From Thermoplasmata archaeon (GTDB lineage Archaea > Thermoplasmatota > Thermoplasmata > Thermoplasmatales > Thermoplasmataceae), in the NCBI GenBank assembly GCA_021810045.1, contig JAJZJR010000004.1, forward strand, positions 18,351 to 82,350: 64,000 bases of DNA, in the 5' to 3' direction. Shown here in pieces: positions 1 through 9,869 of the stretch. The notes beneath the pieces were generated by a model that was given only the letters and a program-made list of their open reading frames with translations, was not told where the DNA came from and made no database searches. Position 1 is the stretch's first letter, and each line of letters begins with the position of its first letter. The translations under genes and the position numbers were made by a program.

Positions 1-2
1 TC

Positions 3-1031
3 GGGCCGACAGACAGTGGAAAGAGCACATTTCTATTGACACTCAAGGACATTCTTGGGGTAACTAATGTATCCTCGGCAACATTACAACAACTTTCCAA
101 AGCTGACCAGAGGTTCATCACTTCGAAACTGTACAAGAAGCTGGCCAATATCGCACCGGATATGCCAACAAGCTCCCTGAGTGATATCTCTATATTCAAG
201 GGAATCACCGGCAGAGACCTCATACCTGGGGAATTCAAGTACAAACAGCCGTTTGATTTTCAGCCAAGATCCAAACTGCTGTTTTCGGCAAATTCATTGC
301 CCTTTGTAGGCGATGACGAGGAGGCATTTTTCAATCGCTGGGATATAATTGTCTTTCACAAGCCACCTAAGATCGATGCACGACTTCAAGAAAAACTCAA
401 AGAAGAGTCCTCAGGTATTTTCAACTGGGTCATTGAAGGGGCTAGAAGAATAATTGAAAATGGACTGAAGTTCACTGATGCCACACCTACTGCAGAAGCA
501 ATGAGAATCTGGACCAGATCTGCAAATCCAGTGAGGGCCTTCTTTAACGAATGTATTGCAAAGGAAGGCGAGGAAGAGAGGCCAGCTTCAGACTTTTATG
601 ATGCTTATAAACAATACGCGGAGAGATATCACCTGAAATTTGAAGATGAGGATATTTTTGACATTAAGTTCTCCAAGGTCAGCAGAACCAATGTCTTAAA
701 GCATCAACGGAATAACGTGACTCACAAGTACAGAAAGGGTTTGAGAATTCTACCCTTGGAAGATTGGCCAGATTCTGACTCCTCTATTCCTGACGAGTAT
801 ACTGAAGATGAAATGGATTCAGATAAAATATTTGAAAAGGTCAGAAAAGTCTTTGCCGGAACAAGTGAAGTCGCCAGAAAACGCGACAACATTGAAAGAT
901 GGATTGCTTCAGAGAATGGTATATTGATAGAAACCGCTCATAACGTTATTGAGAAGTGGATATCAGAGGGGACAGTCGTCCCTAATGACAGATGCCTGGA
1001 ATTTCCGGAGTGGGATGATTTCAATGCTTGA
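3..1031 (+). CDS. P4/D5-family primase-associated SF3 helicase, C-terminal part (5'-truncated by window edge)
   Basis: The frame is open from position 3 and reads GPTDSGKST (Walker A). Later motifs FKGITGRD, KLLFSAN and AFFNRW are typical of D5-like helicases. Confidence 0.85.
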   Translation, partial: GPTDSGKSTFLLTLKDILGVTNVSSATLQQLSKADQRFITSKLYKKLANIAPDMPTSSLSDISIFKGITGRDLIPGEFKYKQPFDFQPRSKLLFSANSLPFVGDDEEAFFNRWDIIVFHKPPKIDARLQEKLKEESSGIFNWVIEGARRIIENGLKFTDATPTAEAMRIWTRSANPVRAFFNECIAKEGEEERPASDFYDAYKQYAERYHLKFEDEDIFDIKFSKVSRTNVLKHQRNNVTHKYRKGLRILPLEDWPDSDSSIPDEYTEDEMDSDKIFEKVRKVFAGTSEVARKRDNIERWIASENGILIETAHNVIEKWISEGTVVPNDRCLEFPEWDDFNA

Positions 1032-1353
1032 ACAACGAGGTGCTTATCTTTACAGGAATGGAGATGTTGTGGGTAAACTGGAAAGCCCTCACTGTATTGC
1101 GGTTCGTGATAGAAGACACTACTTCAGGAAGTATGGTGGATTTGCCCTTGCCGTTGAAGCTTATGAATGGCTGCTCAACAAAGGGTTCACTTACTTCCGG
1201 GTGATATATAGGCCTGAAAAGAAAATCATCACATACAGAATTTCAGATTTTGCATCTGGTTACAGAATTGATTACCCTCCGCATGGTGAACAGTATGTGC
1301 TCCCTACGACAACGAGTCTTGAACCTGACGAGAAATCAGGCTTGAATGGGTAG
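1024..1353 (+). CDS. Hypothetical protein of the mobile element
   Basis: ATG at 1024 overlaps the helicase stop (ATGCTTGA). The upstream part of the called ORF (949-1023) is probably not translated. Confidence 0.6.
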   Translation: MLEQRGAYLYRNGDVVGKLESPHCIAVRDRRHYFRKYGGFALAVEAYEWLLNKGFTYFRVIYRPEKKIITYRISDFASGYRIDYPPHGEQYVLPTTTSLEPDEKSGLNG

Positions 1354-1773
1354 CCTTCTCTGCTTGCCCCCGATGTAGCGCATAGCCATCTGAAATTTCT
1401 CGTCATGATGCTTCGAAAAAATATGGGCAAGCTCATGAACGAGAACCTCCCTAATTTCAATTCTGGTAAGTTTAATAGCATCCTCCCTAACCAAAATGGT
1501 TGACCCTTTGAGCATGGAGAGAATGGACCTATCCCTGAATTTCCTGACCAGCTCAAAATCAATTTCTCCAACAATGTAAAAATTTCCGTTTTTCTTCAGC
1601 TTCAGGAATTCTGATTTTAGGATTCGTATCAGTCTAGTTTTCATATACTCCATGAGAGCGTGTTTATCAAAGGAAAGCGGTACGTAGAGTATGTCACCGG
1701 AGTGTTTTGGTCTTTTCCTCTCGCACCTTACTATTGTTGTAGTCTTTCCTAAAATTATTGCATCAGAATCCAA
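1336..1773 (-). CDS. YgjP/DUF45-like (M48-type) zinc metallopeptidase, short
   Basis: HELAH..H motif (EVLVHELAHIFSKHHDEKF). Overlaps the end of hsdR, a common arrangement in type I R-M loci. Confidence 0.7.
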   Translation of the reverse strand: MDSDAIILGKTTTIVRCERKRPKHSGDILYVPLSFDKHALMEYMKTRLIRILKSEFLKLKKNGNFYIVGEIDFELVRKFRDRSILSMLKGSTILVREDAIKLTRIEIREVLVHELAHIFSKHHDEKFQMAMRYIGGKQRRLPIQA

Positions 1774-4747
1774 ATGTCTCCCTCAAATTCTTGTATATAT
1801 TCCCGACAACCAAATCTTCTTCTCCAACATCTCTTGGGTTAAGTATTTTGATTGCAGAATATCTTATTGATTTCACAATCTCTTTTCTGTCTATTTTGCG
1901 TACAGTTCTTTCCCCTTTCAGAAGAAGTTTAATGCCTTCTCTGCTGGCCAGATCCTCACAGAATTGATTTAACTTATCATTTCCAATCTTGTCTATTGCA
2001 GTTTTTACGGCCTCTCTGAACGCAGTCTTTATTTCACCTTCGGTTGATTCAGCGGCTTCAATTGAGTCCAGAGTATCCTTTATCGCCTTTATTTCAGTCA
2101 GTATCTCTTCATTTACAGCCTTGGCTCTCATCAATTTCTGGTACGCATTGACTATTCTCTCCAGAAGGCTTGGATATCTGAATCTTCTTCCAGATACATC
2201 AATATGCCAGGTGTTCAAGGCCCTCAAGGCCGATGCATAATCCTTGGTTCTCCCTAAGTTGTTAAGGTATGCTCTGTCTATGGTAAAACTTCCTTTCTTT
2301 TCTACATCGATAAAGAAATTCTCACTTACGATCTTCTTCACTCTTTCATAGGCATCCTGTACCTTCTGCTCATTAACATCCCCCAATTTCAGGTTGTTGA
2401 CATACACACCATAAGCTTTGGCAAGAACTTTGTATCTGTCCATGTGGCCCAACAGGTATGATTTTGCTCTCGGCAGGTTAAGAATTGCCGTGAGTTTCTT
2501 AAAATTCTTTTCAAAGTTTTCTGAAATCTCAGAGTCAGACAGGAGCTTCATCAATTGGTCAAGGTTCTCGTGGCTGTCACTTGAGAAATCAAAATCGCCG
2601 AAGAGTTTATAGGTTTCATTCAGTAATTCAACAAAGTCCTTCTCAATTTCCTCTCTTGATATGACTATGCCACGAATCCCCCCGTCTGATGACATTCCTT
2701 CATATTTTTTTAGGGTCTTGTTGAGGGTTTCAAGCAGATACACATAGTCAATGACATAGCCATAATCTTTTGTACTAAAAGGTCTGTCAGTTCTCCCTAT
2801 GGCCTGCAAAAGGCGTTCCTCAAAGAGGGGTTTGGCGAGATACATTACCCACAGCTTTGAGGAGTCAAATCCCGTAAGAAGCATATCCGTCACTATGAGT
2901 ATCTTTGGGTTTTCAGAGAAATCAAAATTTTCAGCGAATTCTTTGCAGGCTTTCCTGACATCTTTGCCCGTCCTCTTTTCAAGCTCGTCCCTGTATCCCT
3001 TAATGAGATCGGAGACCTCGTTATGTCCAAATGTCATCACAATCTCAGAGGCCTCCGGGGAAAGCAATGTATCAAGTTTCCTTTTGTACATGACACATGC
3101 CTCTCTATCCACTGCCACGAGCATGGCCTTTAGACCCGTGTTGCTGCCTTCAATCTCGCTCCGGAAATGGTTGGCAACATCTCTTGCTATTGTATCGACG
3201 TTTGCCTCCGTTTTATACAGCTCCTTGATTACCCTAATCTTTCTGTTAAGCAGTTCCTTTTCAGGTTCAGATAAATCCTCTGTTTCTTCATCGTGGTCGA
3301 GTGCCTGCTTTATTATCTGGTCTTTAACCTCTGGAATCGCAGCGTTGTATTCATAAGCTATGGGGACAGTGAAGTTGTCATCCTGGGCATCTTTCATGCT
3401 GTATCTGTCCAGGTACAGTTCTTCTGGAGGGCAGAATTCTTCGAAGGTGTTCCTTACCTTCCCCCCAGTGTTCTTTCTTATGGGAGTACCGGTGAATCCG
3501 AAAACAAAGGAGTCTGGAAACGCATTTCTGAAGGTTGCTGCCATCAGACCATACTGTGTTCTGTGGCTCTCGTCGACCAGACAAATTACATTTCTGCCCT
3601 TTATGTAAGAGTTTCCAGCTATGGATTTGAAATTCTCAGGGCTGAACTTCTGGACAGTAACGATGAAGACCCCAGGTTTCCCCTGGCCGTTGTTGTAGTC
3701 AATAAGTTCCGCCAGTTCCGTTGTGTTGTTTATGCTGTGAGTAAGCTCCAATCCCTGTATATCAGAAAATCGTGTTAGAGCCTGATTGTCCAGATCCTTT
3801 CTGTCAACAACAATGAGAAGTGTGGCATCCGGCATCTTCTTCCTTATCTGATATGCTGTGTATGCCATTATCAGTGTCTTACCCGAACCCTGCCAGTGCC
3901 ATATCAATCCGGTTTTGACGGCCTCATCCTGCTTTCTGTCAATATTATCCTCAATTCTTTTGAGAATCTTCTCAGTAGCCCTGAACTGCATGTATCTGGC
4001 CATTATCTTTTCATTTCGGTCACCCTTCTTTCTTATGTGCAGATAATTGGTCAGAATTTTTATGAAATTATCAGGATACAAGGCCCCATATAGCAGTGTT
4101 TCAACCTCATTTTCTGGTGTTGGTTCAAGAGGGTACGAGGTCTTCCATTTTGCCCTGATATCCTCACCCTTCTTATTGAAGAACAGGGGGAAGAGTTCTC
4201 CCTTTACACCGTTGTTTATAACAGCCAATTGCAGGTAGGTGAACAGTTCCCTGACACTTTCCTCATATCCCTTTATCTGGTTATAAGCCAGTTCAAGGGT
4301 GCCCATATTGTAAGGGTTCTTGTTCTCCATAATCACAAGCGGAATTCCATTGACGAACAGTACAACATCAGGTCTCTTGTTGGACTTGCCTTTGACACTA
4401 AACTGATTTGTGACTATGAAGCTGTTATTGTAAATTCTTGACTCGTCAAGTAATTTTACAGTATGAATCTGCTTGTTTTCGTCCACAACGCTAACTCCTT
4501 GTTTCAGGAAGTCCAGAAATTTGGCATTTCCTTCCTGTGATGGGGTCAATTCTTCCAATTTTGAGATTGCATCGGAAATGAGCGACTCTTGAATGGGATT
4601 AATTTTCCTCAGGCTGTTAAGAAGATTCTCCATGAGTAAAAAGACACCATTATTTCTTTCTTCGAGGTCTTCCGGGGAGTTGTAGATCCATCCGTAATCC
4701 TGGAGTTTTCTTATAATCCATTCCTCGTTGGAAGCCTCGCTGACCAT
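1763..4747 (-). CDS. hsdR: Type I restriction enzyme, R subunit
   Basis: RPDVVLFVNGIPLVIMENK nuclease motif, WHWQGSGKT Walker A, DESHR, FTGTP, MLLTGFD and QAIGRTDR helicase motifs. Confidence 0.95.
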   Translation of the reverse strand: MVSEASNEEWIIRKLQDYGWIYNSPEDLEERNNGVFLLMENLLNSLRKINPIQESLISDAISKLEELTPSQEGNAKFLDFLKQGVSVVDENKQIHTVKLLDESRIYNNSFIVTNQFSVKGKSNKRPDVVLFVNGIPLVIMENKNPYNMGTLELAYNQIKGYEESVRELFTYLQLAVINNGVKGELFPLFFNKKGEDIRAKWKTSYPLEPTPENEVETLLYGALYPDNFIKILTNYLHIRKKGDRNEKIMARYMQFRATEKILKRIEDNIDRKQDEAVKTGLIWHWQGSGKTLIMAYTAYQIRKKMPDATLLIVVDRKDLDNQALTRFSDIQGLELTHSINNTTELAELIDYNNGQGKPGVFIVTVQKFSPENFKSIAGNSYIKGRNVICLVDESHRTQYGLMAATFRNAFPDSFVFGFTGTPIRKNTGGKVRNTFEEFCPPEELYLDRYSMKDAQDDNFTVPIAYEYNAAIPEVKDQIIKQALDHDEETEDLSEPEKELLNRKIRVIKELYKTEANVDTIARDVANHFRSEIEGSNTGLKAMLVAVDREACVMYKRKLDTLLSPEASEIVMTFGHNEVSDLIKGYRDELEKRTGKDVRKACKEFAENFDFSENPKILIVTDMLLTGFDSSKLWVMYLAKPLFEERLLQAIGRTDRPFSTKDYGYVIDYVYLLETLNKTLKKYEGMSSDGGIRGIVISREEIEKDFVELLNETYKLFGDFDFSSDSHENLDQLMKLLSDSEISENFEKNFKKLTAILNLPRAKSYLLGHMDRYKVLAKAYGVYVNNLKLGDVNEQKVQDAYERVKKIVSENFFIDVEKKGSFTIDRAYLNNLGRTKDYASALRALNTWHIDVSGRRFRYPSLLERIVNAYQKLMRAKAVNEEILTEIKAIKDTLDSIEAAESTEGEIKTAFREAVKTAIDKIGNDKLNQFCEDLASREGIKLLLKGERTVRKIDRKEIVKSIRYSAIKILNPRDVGEEDLVVGNIYKNLRETFGF

Positions 4748-6006
4748 CAGACCTTCACCCTCATCTTTCCAGTCAGGAGATCGCCCATCAGTCTCTGCTT
4801 GATGGTTTCTAAATTTTCCCTCTTCTTGCTTAGAAGGGTTAACTTATCATCTATGCTGGATAGAATCTCAGTGATTTTGTTCTGCTCTGAGATAGGTGGG
4901 ACTGGAAAAGCTAAGCTAAAAAGAGAATCTTTTGGAACTCTCTGTCTTCCCGTTGTCCCAACCATGCTGTCAATAAGCGGCTTCCTAAAGAGGTTTGTTT
5001 TCAAAAGGTAAAATGTAAATAAATTTGTAAGAGAATTTTCAGAGACAATAGGGTATACCTCTGAAGTTGCGAAAGCGTGTCCCGATGGTATATTTGGAAC
5101 AATTCCCTGTTTTCCGTTTTCTACGGAGGGGGTTATTTTTGGGAGAAGTATATCGCCGGGTTCGCAATAGGTTGGAGGTATGACCTCGCCTTCTTTTAGG
5201 GACTTGTATTCACAGTATGTATTCTCGTCAGGAATTAGCTCCATGGGAATAGCATACAACGCATCCACTTCTGCCAGCTTCTTTTTCTTTCGAATTTCTA
5301 GTACTTCACAAAATGGCTTCAGGTCCCATTCTTCAGGTATTTCCCCAATCTCGGTTTCTTTGAATTTTGTGTGTCCTATACCTATAGTAAGAAGTCTCTG
5401 CATTAGCCCCTTCTTTAACTGTTCCGTCAGCGTTATCTGTTCGTTAACCTTCTGGATCGCATCATCTGCTGTTGTAAGGATTTCTGCAATTTTTTGCTGC
5501 TCGTTCAACGATGGACAAGGTATTTGCAAATTCTCTAACGTTGATTTTTTAATGGAAGGCATTGTCGTAATGTTTGATAGAACTTTAAGATCCACTCTGG
5601 AAACAAAGTAATAGTATAGAAATTCATCGTGAAGTCTCCTTGGGACTATACCTGCTACATTATTGTCAAAAGTGGCTTCCACAGAGAGAATTCTGAATTT
5701 ATTGAGATAAACTGCCATTCCAATTTTTGGAAATATGGTAGTGCCTGCAGGAAAAACTTTCGCATGTAACAGTTTGAGTTCTTCTCTTCCAACAAAATTG
5801 CTTGCTGTGTTAACATATTTATTGGACAGGTTCATATCTCCTACCTTTACGAATGGGTAGGTACCTTGATCCTTTCCTTGATATTTTAAAGGAAATCCAT
5901 AACCAGAAACCACATCGGCCACTTCAGAAAGCTTTACAATTCTCCATTCCGGAGGGCCTGTTTTATTAATTGTTAAGTCGTCTCTAGCCCCCTCTGAATT
6001 ATTCAA
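4747..6006 (-). CDS. hsdS: Type I restriction-modification specificity subunit
   Basis: Two TRDs with conserved repeats PSLNEQQKIAEIL / PPISEQNKITEIL, central KETEIGEIPEEW, C-terminal LMGDLLTGKMRV. Confidence 0.95.
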   Translation of the reverse strand: MNNSEGARDDLTINKTGPPEWRIVKLSEVADVVSGYGFPLKYQGKDQGTYPFVKVGDMNLSNKYVNTASNFVGREELKLLHAKVFPAGTTIFPKIGMAVYLNKFRILSVEATFDNNVAGIVPRRLHDEFLYYYFVSRVDLKVLSNITTMPSIKKSTLENLQIPCPSLNEQQKIAEILTTADDAIQKVNEQITLTEQLKKGLMQRLLTIGIGHTKFKETEIGEIPEEWDLKPFCEVLEIRKKKKLAEVDALYAIPMELIPDENTYCEYKSLKEGEVIPPTYCEPGDILLPKITPSVENGKQGIVPNIPSGHAFATSEVYPIVSENSLTNLFTFYLLKTNLFRKPLIDSMVGTTGRQRVPKDSLFSLAFPVPPISEQNKITEILSSIDDKLTLLSKKRENLETIKQRLMGDLLTGKMRVKV

Positions 6007-7546
6007 TATAACCTAGCTCCCTGAGATAACCGTTGAGCTTGTACTCAACTTCAGTAAGTTCGATATTTATTTCATTAAGCCCCTCAATAGTGCCTGAAAT
6101 ATCAATTGAATTTTCATCGTTAACTGGGTTTACATAAGTGCTGACATTCAAATCGTAATCTTTTGCTTTTATTTCCTCCACACTAACAACTTTTGAAAAC
6201 CCCTCTTTGGATTCGAAGTCTGTATAGGTTGAAACTATGTTATTGATATTTTCTTCGTTTATTATATTCAATTTCTTGATATTTTGGTGCTTCCCGAACT
6301 CTTTAGAAGCATCTATAAACAAAATATCATCTCTGTGGCTCTCTTGTTTGTTCTTATTGAAAGTGAGGACAACTCCAGCTGCTCCGGTATTGTAGAATAT
6401 TTTGTCTGGCAACAGAATAACGGACTCCAGAGTCTTCTCATCAACTACCTTTTTTCTTATGACTTTCTCGGAATTTCCCCTAAATAGTACTCCCTGGTCC
6501 ATGATAACTGCCACTTTTGATTTCGAAGTGTAAAGCATATGCTGTATCCATGCCCAGTCTCCGTACCTCTGAGGAACAAAACCATCGGAGTATCTATCCT
6601 TGAATTCTGCCTGTTTCAGCGTTTCTTCCCCATAGCCTTTTTGGGCCCACGGTGGATTGGCCAGGACAAGATCGAAAGGCCTCAACCCAGAAGCTGTTTT
6701 AAATTTAGGGTATAGAAGGCTGTCACCTACTTCAAGATGAGATTCAGAAATCCCATGGAGAATTGTGTTCATTTTTGCCAGAGCATAGGTCGTTGGACTT
6801 CTCTCTTCACCATAAAGGCCGACACGATTTGCACCATCTTCGCCGATTTTCCGTTTTACATGTTCATATGCCTCAATGAGCATACCGCCAGAACCGCACG
6901 CAGGATCGTAAACGCTCATTCCAGGCTGCGGGTCCAGTATGTCAACCATAAGCCTGACAACCTCTCTAGGTGTGTAGACTTCACCTTCCTTGGCCTTTTC
7001 GGGTGCGAATCTCATGAGTATGTGTTCGTATGCATCTCCCATGGCATCGCCTTCAATACACCTGTTTGAAAAGGTGTATTTGTCAAAAAGAGCGATTAAC
7101 TGCTCAAGGAGGATTCTGTTTTCCCTGCTCTTCGTGAAATCAATGAAGTCTATCCTGTTTATGACCCCATCAAGCTCTTTGTTTTCCTTTGCAATTTCAT
7201 TTATGGCCTTTGACAGGTTTTCCGTGAGCTTTTCCTTATCCTTTCTTATGTTATCCCAGAGCACATTCTCTGGAACCATGAAGCTGTGGTATTCCTCTCT
7301 CACTGCACGTTTGATTGCTTCAGATTCATCAATTCCCGTCTCCTCCATGATTTCAGTCTTTGCGTCCTCTACTTCCTCTTTCCATCTGTCACTCAACCTT
7401 TTTATGAACAACAAAACCAGAATGTACTTGTAATCCACTGATGTCCTTATCAAATCTGCAGCATCATCCACCAGTTTGATAAGGTCAGCTTTTGTGACTT
7501 TTCCAAAGCAATCAACCATAGCCATAGAATTCAGAGAGATAAACAT
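5999..7546 (-). CDS. hsdM: Type I restriction-modification N6-adenine methyltransferase (start may be ATG 7525 or 7519)
   Basis: GEVYTPREVV, VYDPACGSGGML (SAM binding) and NPPW catalytic motif. Confidence 0.95.
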   Translation of the reverse strand: MFISLNSMAMVDCFGKVTKADLIKLVDDAADLIRTSVDYKYILVLLFIKRLSDRWKEEVEDAKTEIMEETGIDESEAIKRAVREEYHSFMVPENVLWDNIRKDKEKLTENLSKAINEIAKENKELDGVINRIDFIDFTKSRENRILLEQLIALFDKYTFSNRCIEGDAMGDAYEHILMRFAPEKAKEGEVYTPREVVRLMVDILDPQPGMSVYDPACGSGGMLIEAYEHVKRKIGEDGANRVGLYGEERSPTTYALAKMNTILHGISESHLEVGDSLLYPKFKTASGLRPFDLVLANPPWAQKGYGEETLKQAEFKDRYSDGFVPQRYGDWAWIQHMLYTSKSKVAVIMDQGVLFRGNSEKVIRKKVVDEKTLESVILLPDKIFYNTGAAGVVLTFNKNKQESHRDDILFIDASKEFGKHQNIKKLNIINEENINNIVSTYTDFESKEGFSKVVSVEEIKAKDYDLNVSTYVNPVNDENSIDISGTIEGLNEINIELTEVEYKLNGYLRELGYIE

Positions 7547-7690
7547 AATAAAATAATATTAAAGTTACGTGACAAATCGGACATGGTTACCATTGAATCC
7601 GAACACATGTATTACAGACACAATAATAATGTGGATTAGGAAGAATGATTTGCAAAATTTATAAATATGTAAGAATGTATTATTTTTCTA

Positions 7691-8245
7691 ATGACCACAT
7701 GCTGTCACTGTGGGAGAATTCTATACTATCGCCAAAGTGTGAAGAGGCATAGCGGTTCATGGTGTTATTATAACAAAGGTGCTTGCAGTTTTGACTACAA
7801 TTATGCACATGATGAGTCAGAGGAAGGGCAAGAAGACTTCAAGAGAAAACTAATCAAGGGAATCGCCAAAGGAGCCATCATCGGTGCAGCACTAGGTGTT
7901 ACGTGCTTGTTGGTGCACGTCGCTTGCATTATTACTGCATTCATACACCAGCATTATTATTTTAAGTCAGCAGCTTCATCAGTATATTCTGTTCTGAAAA
8001 ACAAGTCTGAACACGATAATCATCCAGTCAAGGAAGCTGCAATATCCGGAACACTGGAAACATCAAATGCTGCCGGTACCGATGCGCTATCTTCTAAGCT
8101 CGGAGCTAAATTTGCTGAAATTGCCCACGCAAGGTCCGGAGCATCATTATCTTGGGCTGGAGAAATAGGAAAAGAAACAGGCAGAGGAATGCTTGAACAG
8201 GGTTCTAGTGCCGTATTTGACTGGGGCTCAAAGGTAGTTGTGTGA
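7691..8245 (+). CDS. Hypothetical protein: N-terminal CxxCGR zinc-finger-like segment, glycine-zipper hydrophobic helix
   Basis: CCHCGRILYYRQS..GSWC followed by GIAKGAIIGAALGVTCLLVHVACII. An AT-rich promoter-like sequence lies upstream. Confidence 0.6.
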   Translation: MTTCCHCGRILYYRQSVKRHSGSWCYYNKGACSFDYNYAHDESEEGQEDFKRKLIKGIAKGAIIGAALGVTCLLVHVACIITAFIHQHYYFKSAASSVYSVLKNKSEHDNHPVKEAAISGTLETSNAAGTDALSSKLGAKFAEIAHARSGASLSWAGEIGKETGRGMLEQGSSAVFDWGSKVVV

Positions 8246-8550
8246 TAAAAATGGAAGATACCAATGATAGAGATATGAATTTCTCAGAAAATTTTGTTAT
8301 AATATCATCCAGAAAGACTGATTTTCTGACCCGGTTCATTGAGAAACTGAAATCTGAAAGTGAAGAACGCATACAACCAGACACCATTTCGGAAGTTGTG
8401 CATATAGTAGCTTCTCTGGACCCTTTGCTGTTTGTTAGTCAAAAAGAAATCAAAGAAGGCCATCTTCACCTCGACACCAAGCTTGAAGACCTTGATAGAG
8501 AAAAGATCGGAGAGGAGATAGCCAAAAAGATGAACGGGTTTACTGAATAG
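8242..8550 (+). CDS. Hypothetical protein
   Basis: GTGA overlap with the upstream gene suggests translational coupling; acidic 102-aa product. Confidence 0.55.
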   Translation: MIKMEDTNDRDMNFSENFVIISSRKTDFLTRFIEKLKSESEERIQPDTISEVVHIVASLDPLLFVSQKEIKEGHLHLDTKLEDLDREKIGEEIAKKMNGFTE

Positions 8551-8595
8551 GTAGATACAACCCAGGAATCAATCTAGTAAGTGAATACTATCCTA

Positions 8596-8782
8596 ACCCC
8601 TCAACAACCTGGAAAGCCTTTGATATAGCCTTCCAGTGAAAGATGTTGAGGGGTGGCATTTCATTGTTATTCTATGATGCCTAAATGTTTTATTTTGCTC
8701 CAGGAAACAACAGTAGGAAAGCACCCCTCGACATGTTGGTACAGAGACGCTATTACACTGATTCAGAGAGTTGTCGAGGGGT
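8596..8782. repeat. Two tandem inverted-repeat pairs with near-identical 11-bp arms
   Basis: ACCCCTCAACA (8596-8606) / TGTTGAGGGGT (8644-8654) and ACCCCTCGACA (8723-8733) / TGTCGAGGGGT (8772-8782); spacers are 37 and 38 bp. Confidence 0.85.
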
Positions 8783-9066
8783 CATCTTGACTGATTCAAC
8801 TCACATTTCACTATGTCATTTTTTACGGTCATTTTTCAATTTTCTCCAAAGTGGTAAGTCACAGATGACTTTGGAAGAACTGCAAGGTCTAAGAGCATCA
8901 CTTTCGCATGAATACTACACTTTCATAGGTTTAAGGTGAAAGGAAAATTACCTTACAAAATGCCTATTTTTGATGAAATTTATACCTATAGAACAGATAT
9001 ATGATTTATAGATGACCACTATGTGATTTTGTAAATGTTAATATAGATGATTTTAGTTAGTTCTTC

Positions 9067-9720
9067 ATGTCAAAATCCAGGCACTATCCTCCTTCTTATA
9101 TGAGATATCAGATCGAACATCCTCCAGTTACAGTTCACCTAAGCAAGAAGGTCAAGGAGAACTTAGATGCTGTCAGGGGAAACAGGTCATACGCGGAAGT
9201 AATCAATGAAATTCTTGATGGAACGTTCAACCTGGAAGATGAGGTTAAGAGACTCCCTCTAAACGAATCTGTAATTTCATACGCACGCGGATTTGAAGAG
9301 GCAGAGGAGCGTTACGCGCAACTGGGCACCTGTCTCAAATGCAAAGGCGAATACAACTACCTCTGGAAAGACGGAAAATGTGACAAATGCCATAAGAAGA
9401 CTGAAGGCCCGGATTTCTCACATTTCAGGGACAAGATACCAATCACATGGATTGATGAGAGCGACTTTGAAAAGGCAAAGATAAAACTTCCCAATCTTGA
9501 GAAGATATCGTATGAAAACGGATACAAACGTGGCTCCAAAGAAGGAAGGGATGCAGGTTACAAGTTAGGTTATGATGAAGCAGAAAAAAAGTTCAAGATA
9601 ACCTATCCCTGTGCCAGGTGTGGAAAGTCTATGGAAATGCACCCAGGTGATGAGGACCATAAAGAGATGATGACATATATGAAGGACCATGAATGGCACC
9701 ATTCTAAATGTTCAAGTTAG
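9067..9720 (+). CDS. Hypothetical protein with RHH/CopG-like N-terminus and Cys-rich zinc-ribbon motifs
   Basis: PPVTVHLSKKVKENLDAVRGNRSYAEVINEIL resembles a ribbon-helix-helix; CLKC, CDKC and CARC motifs follow. Confidence 0.65.
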   Translation: MSKSRHYPPSYMRYQIEHPPVTVHLSKKVKENLDAVRGNRSYAEVINEILDGTFNLEDEVKRLPLNESVISYARGFEEAEERYAQLGTCLKCKGEYNYLWKDGKCDKCHKKTEGPDFSHFRDKIPITWIDESDFEKAKIKLPNLEKISYENGYKRGSKEGRDAGYKLGYDEAEKKFKITYPCARCGKSMEMHPGDEDHKEMMTYMKDHEWHHSKCSS

Positions 9721-9869
9721 TAGATGAGACATTATTTAGCTCAAGGGAATGAGTTTAATCGGCGAAATCATTTGTGCAACACTAAATCGTTCCTCACGAA
9801 TGGTGCGCAATAATCTATAATTTAGGCCAGTTTCGTTCTTTCTTTAACTGTAAAAACAAAAGTTAATAC

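Noticed and set aside
1758..7433. Many 60-185 aa + strand ORFs opposite hsdRSM, and similar ORFs opposite the atp, aro, kdp, Ehr and acnA genes
   Set aside because: Antisense or alternate-frame shadows of well-supported genes with Ser/Phe-rich, non-protein-like composition.
8596..8782. CRISPR array interpretation of the twin repeats
   Set aside because: The arms are only 11 bp and alternate in orientation, and no cas genes are in the window. Kept only as an unexplained repeat.
8685..8939. 84-aa ORF across the second inverted repeat
   Set aside because: No recognisable motif or RBS and atypical composition; likely spurious.
9770..9810. Imperfect inverted repeat TTGTGCAACA / TGGTGCGCAA between convergent genes
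   Set aside because: Two mismatches in 10 bp with a long loop; could be chance or a weak terminator.
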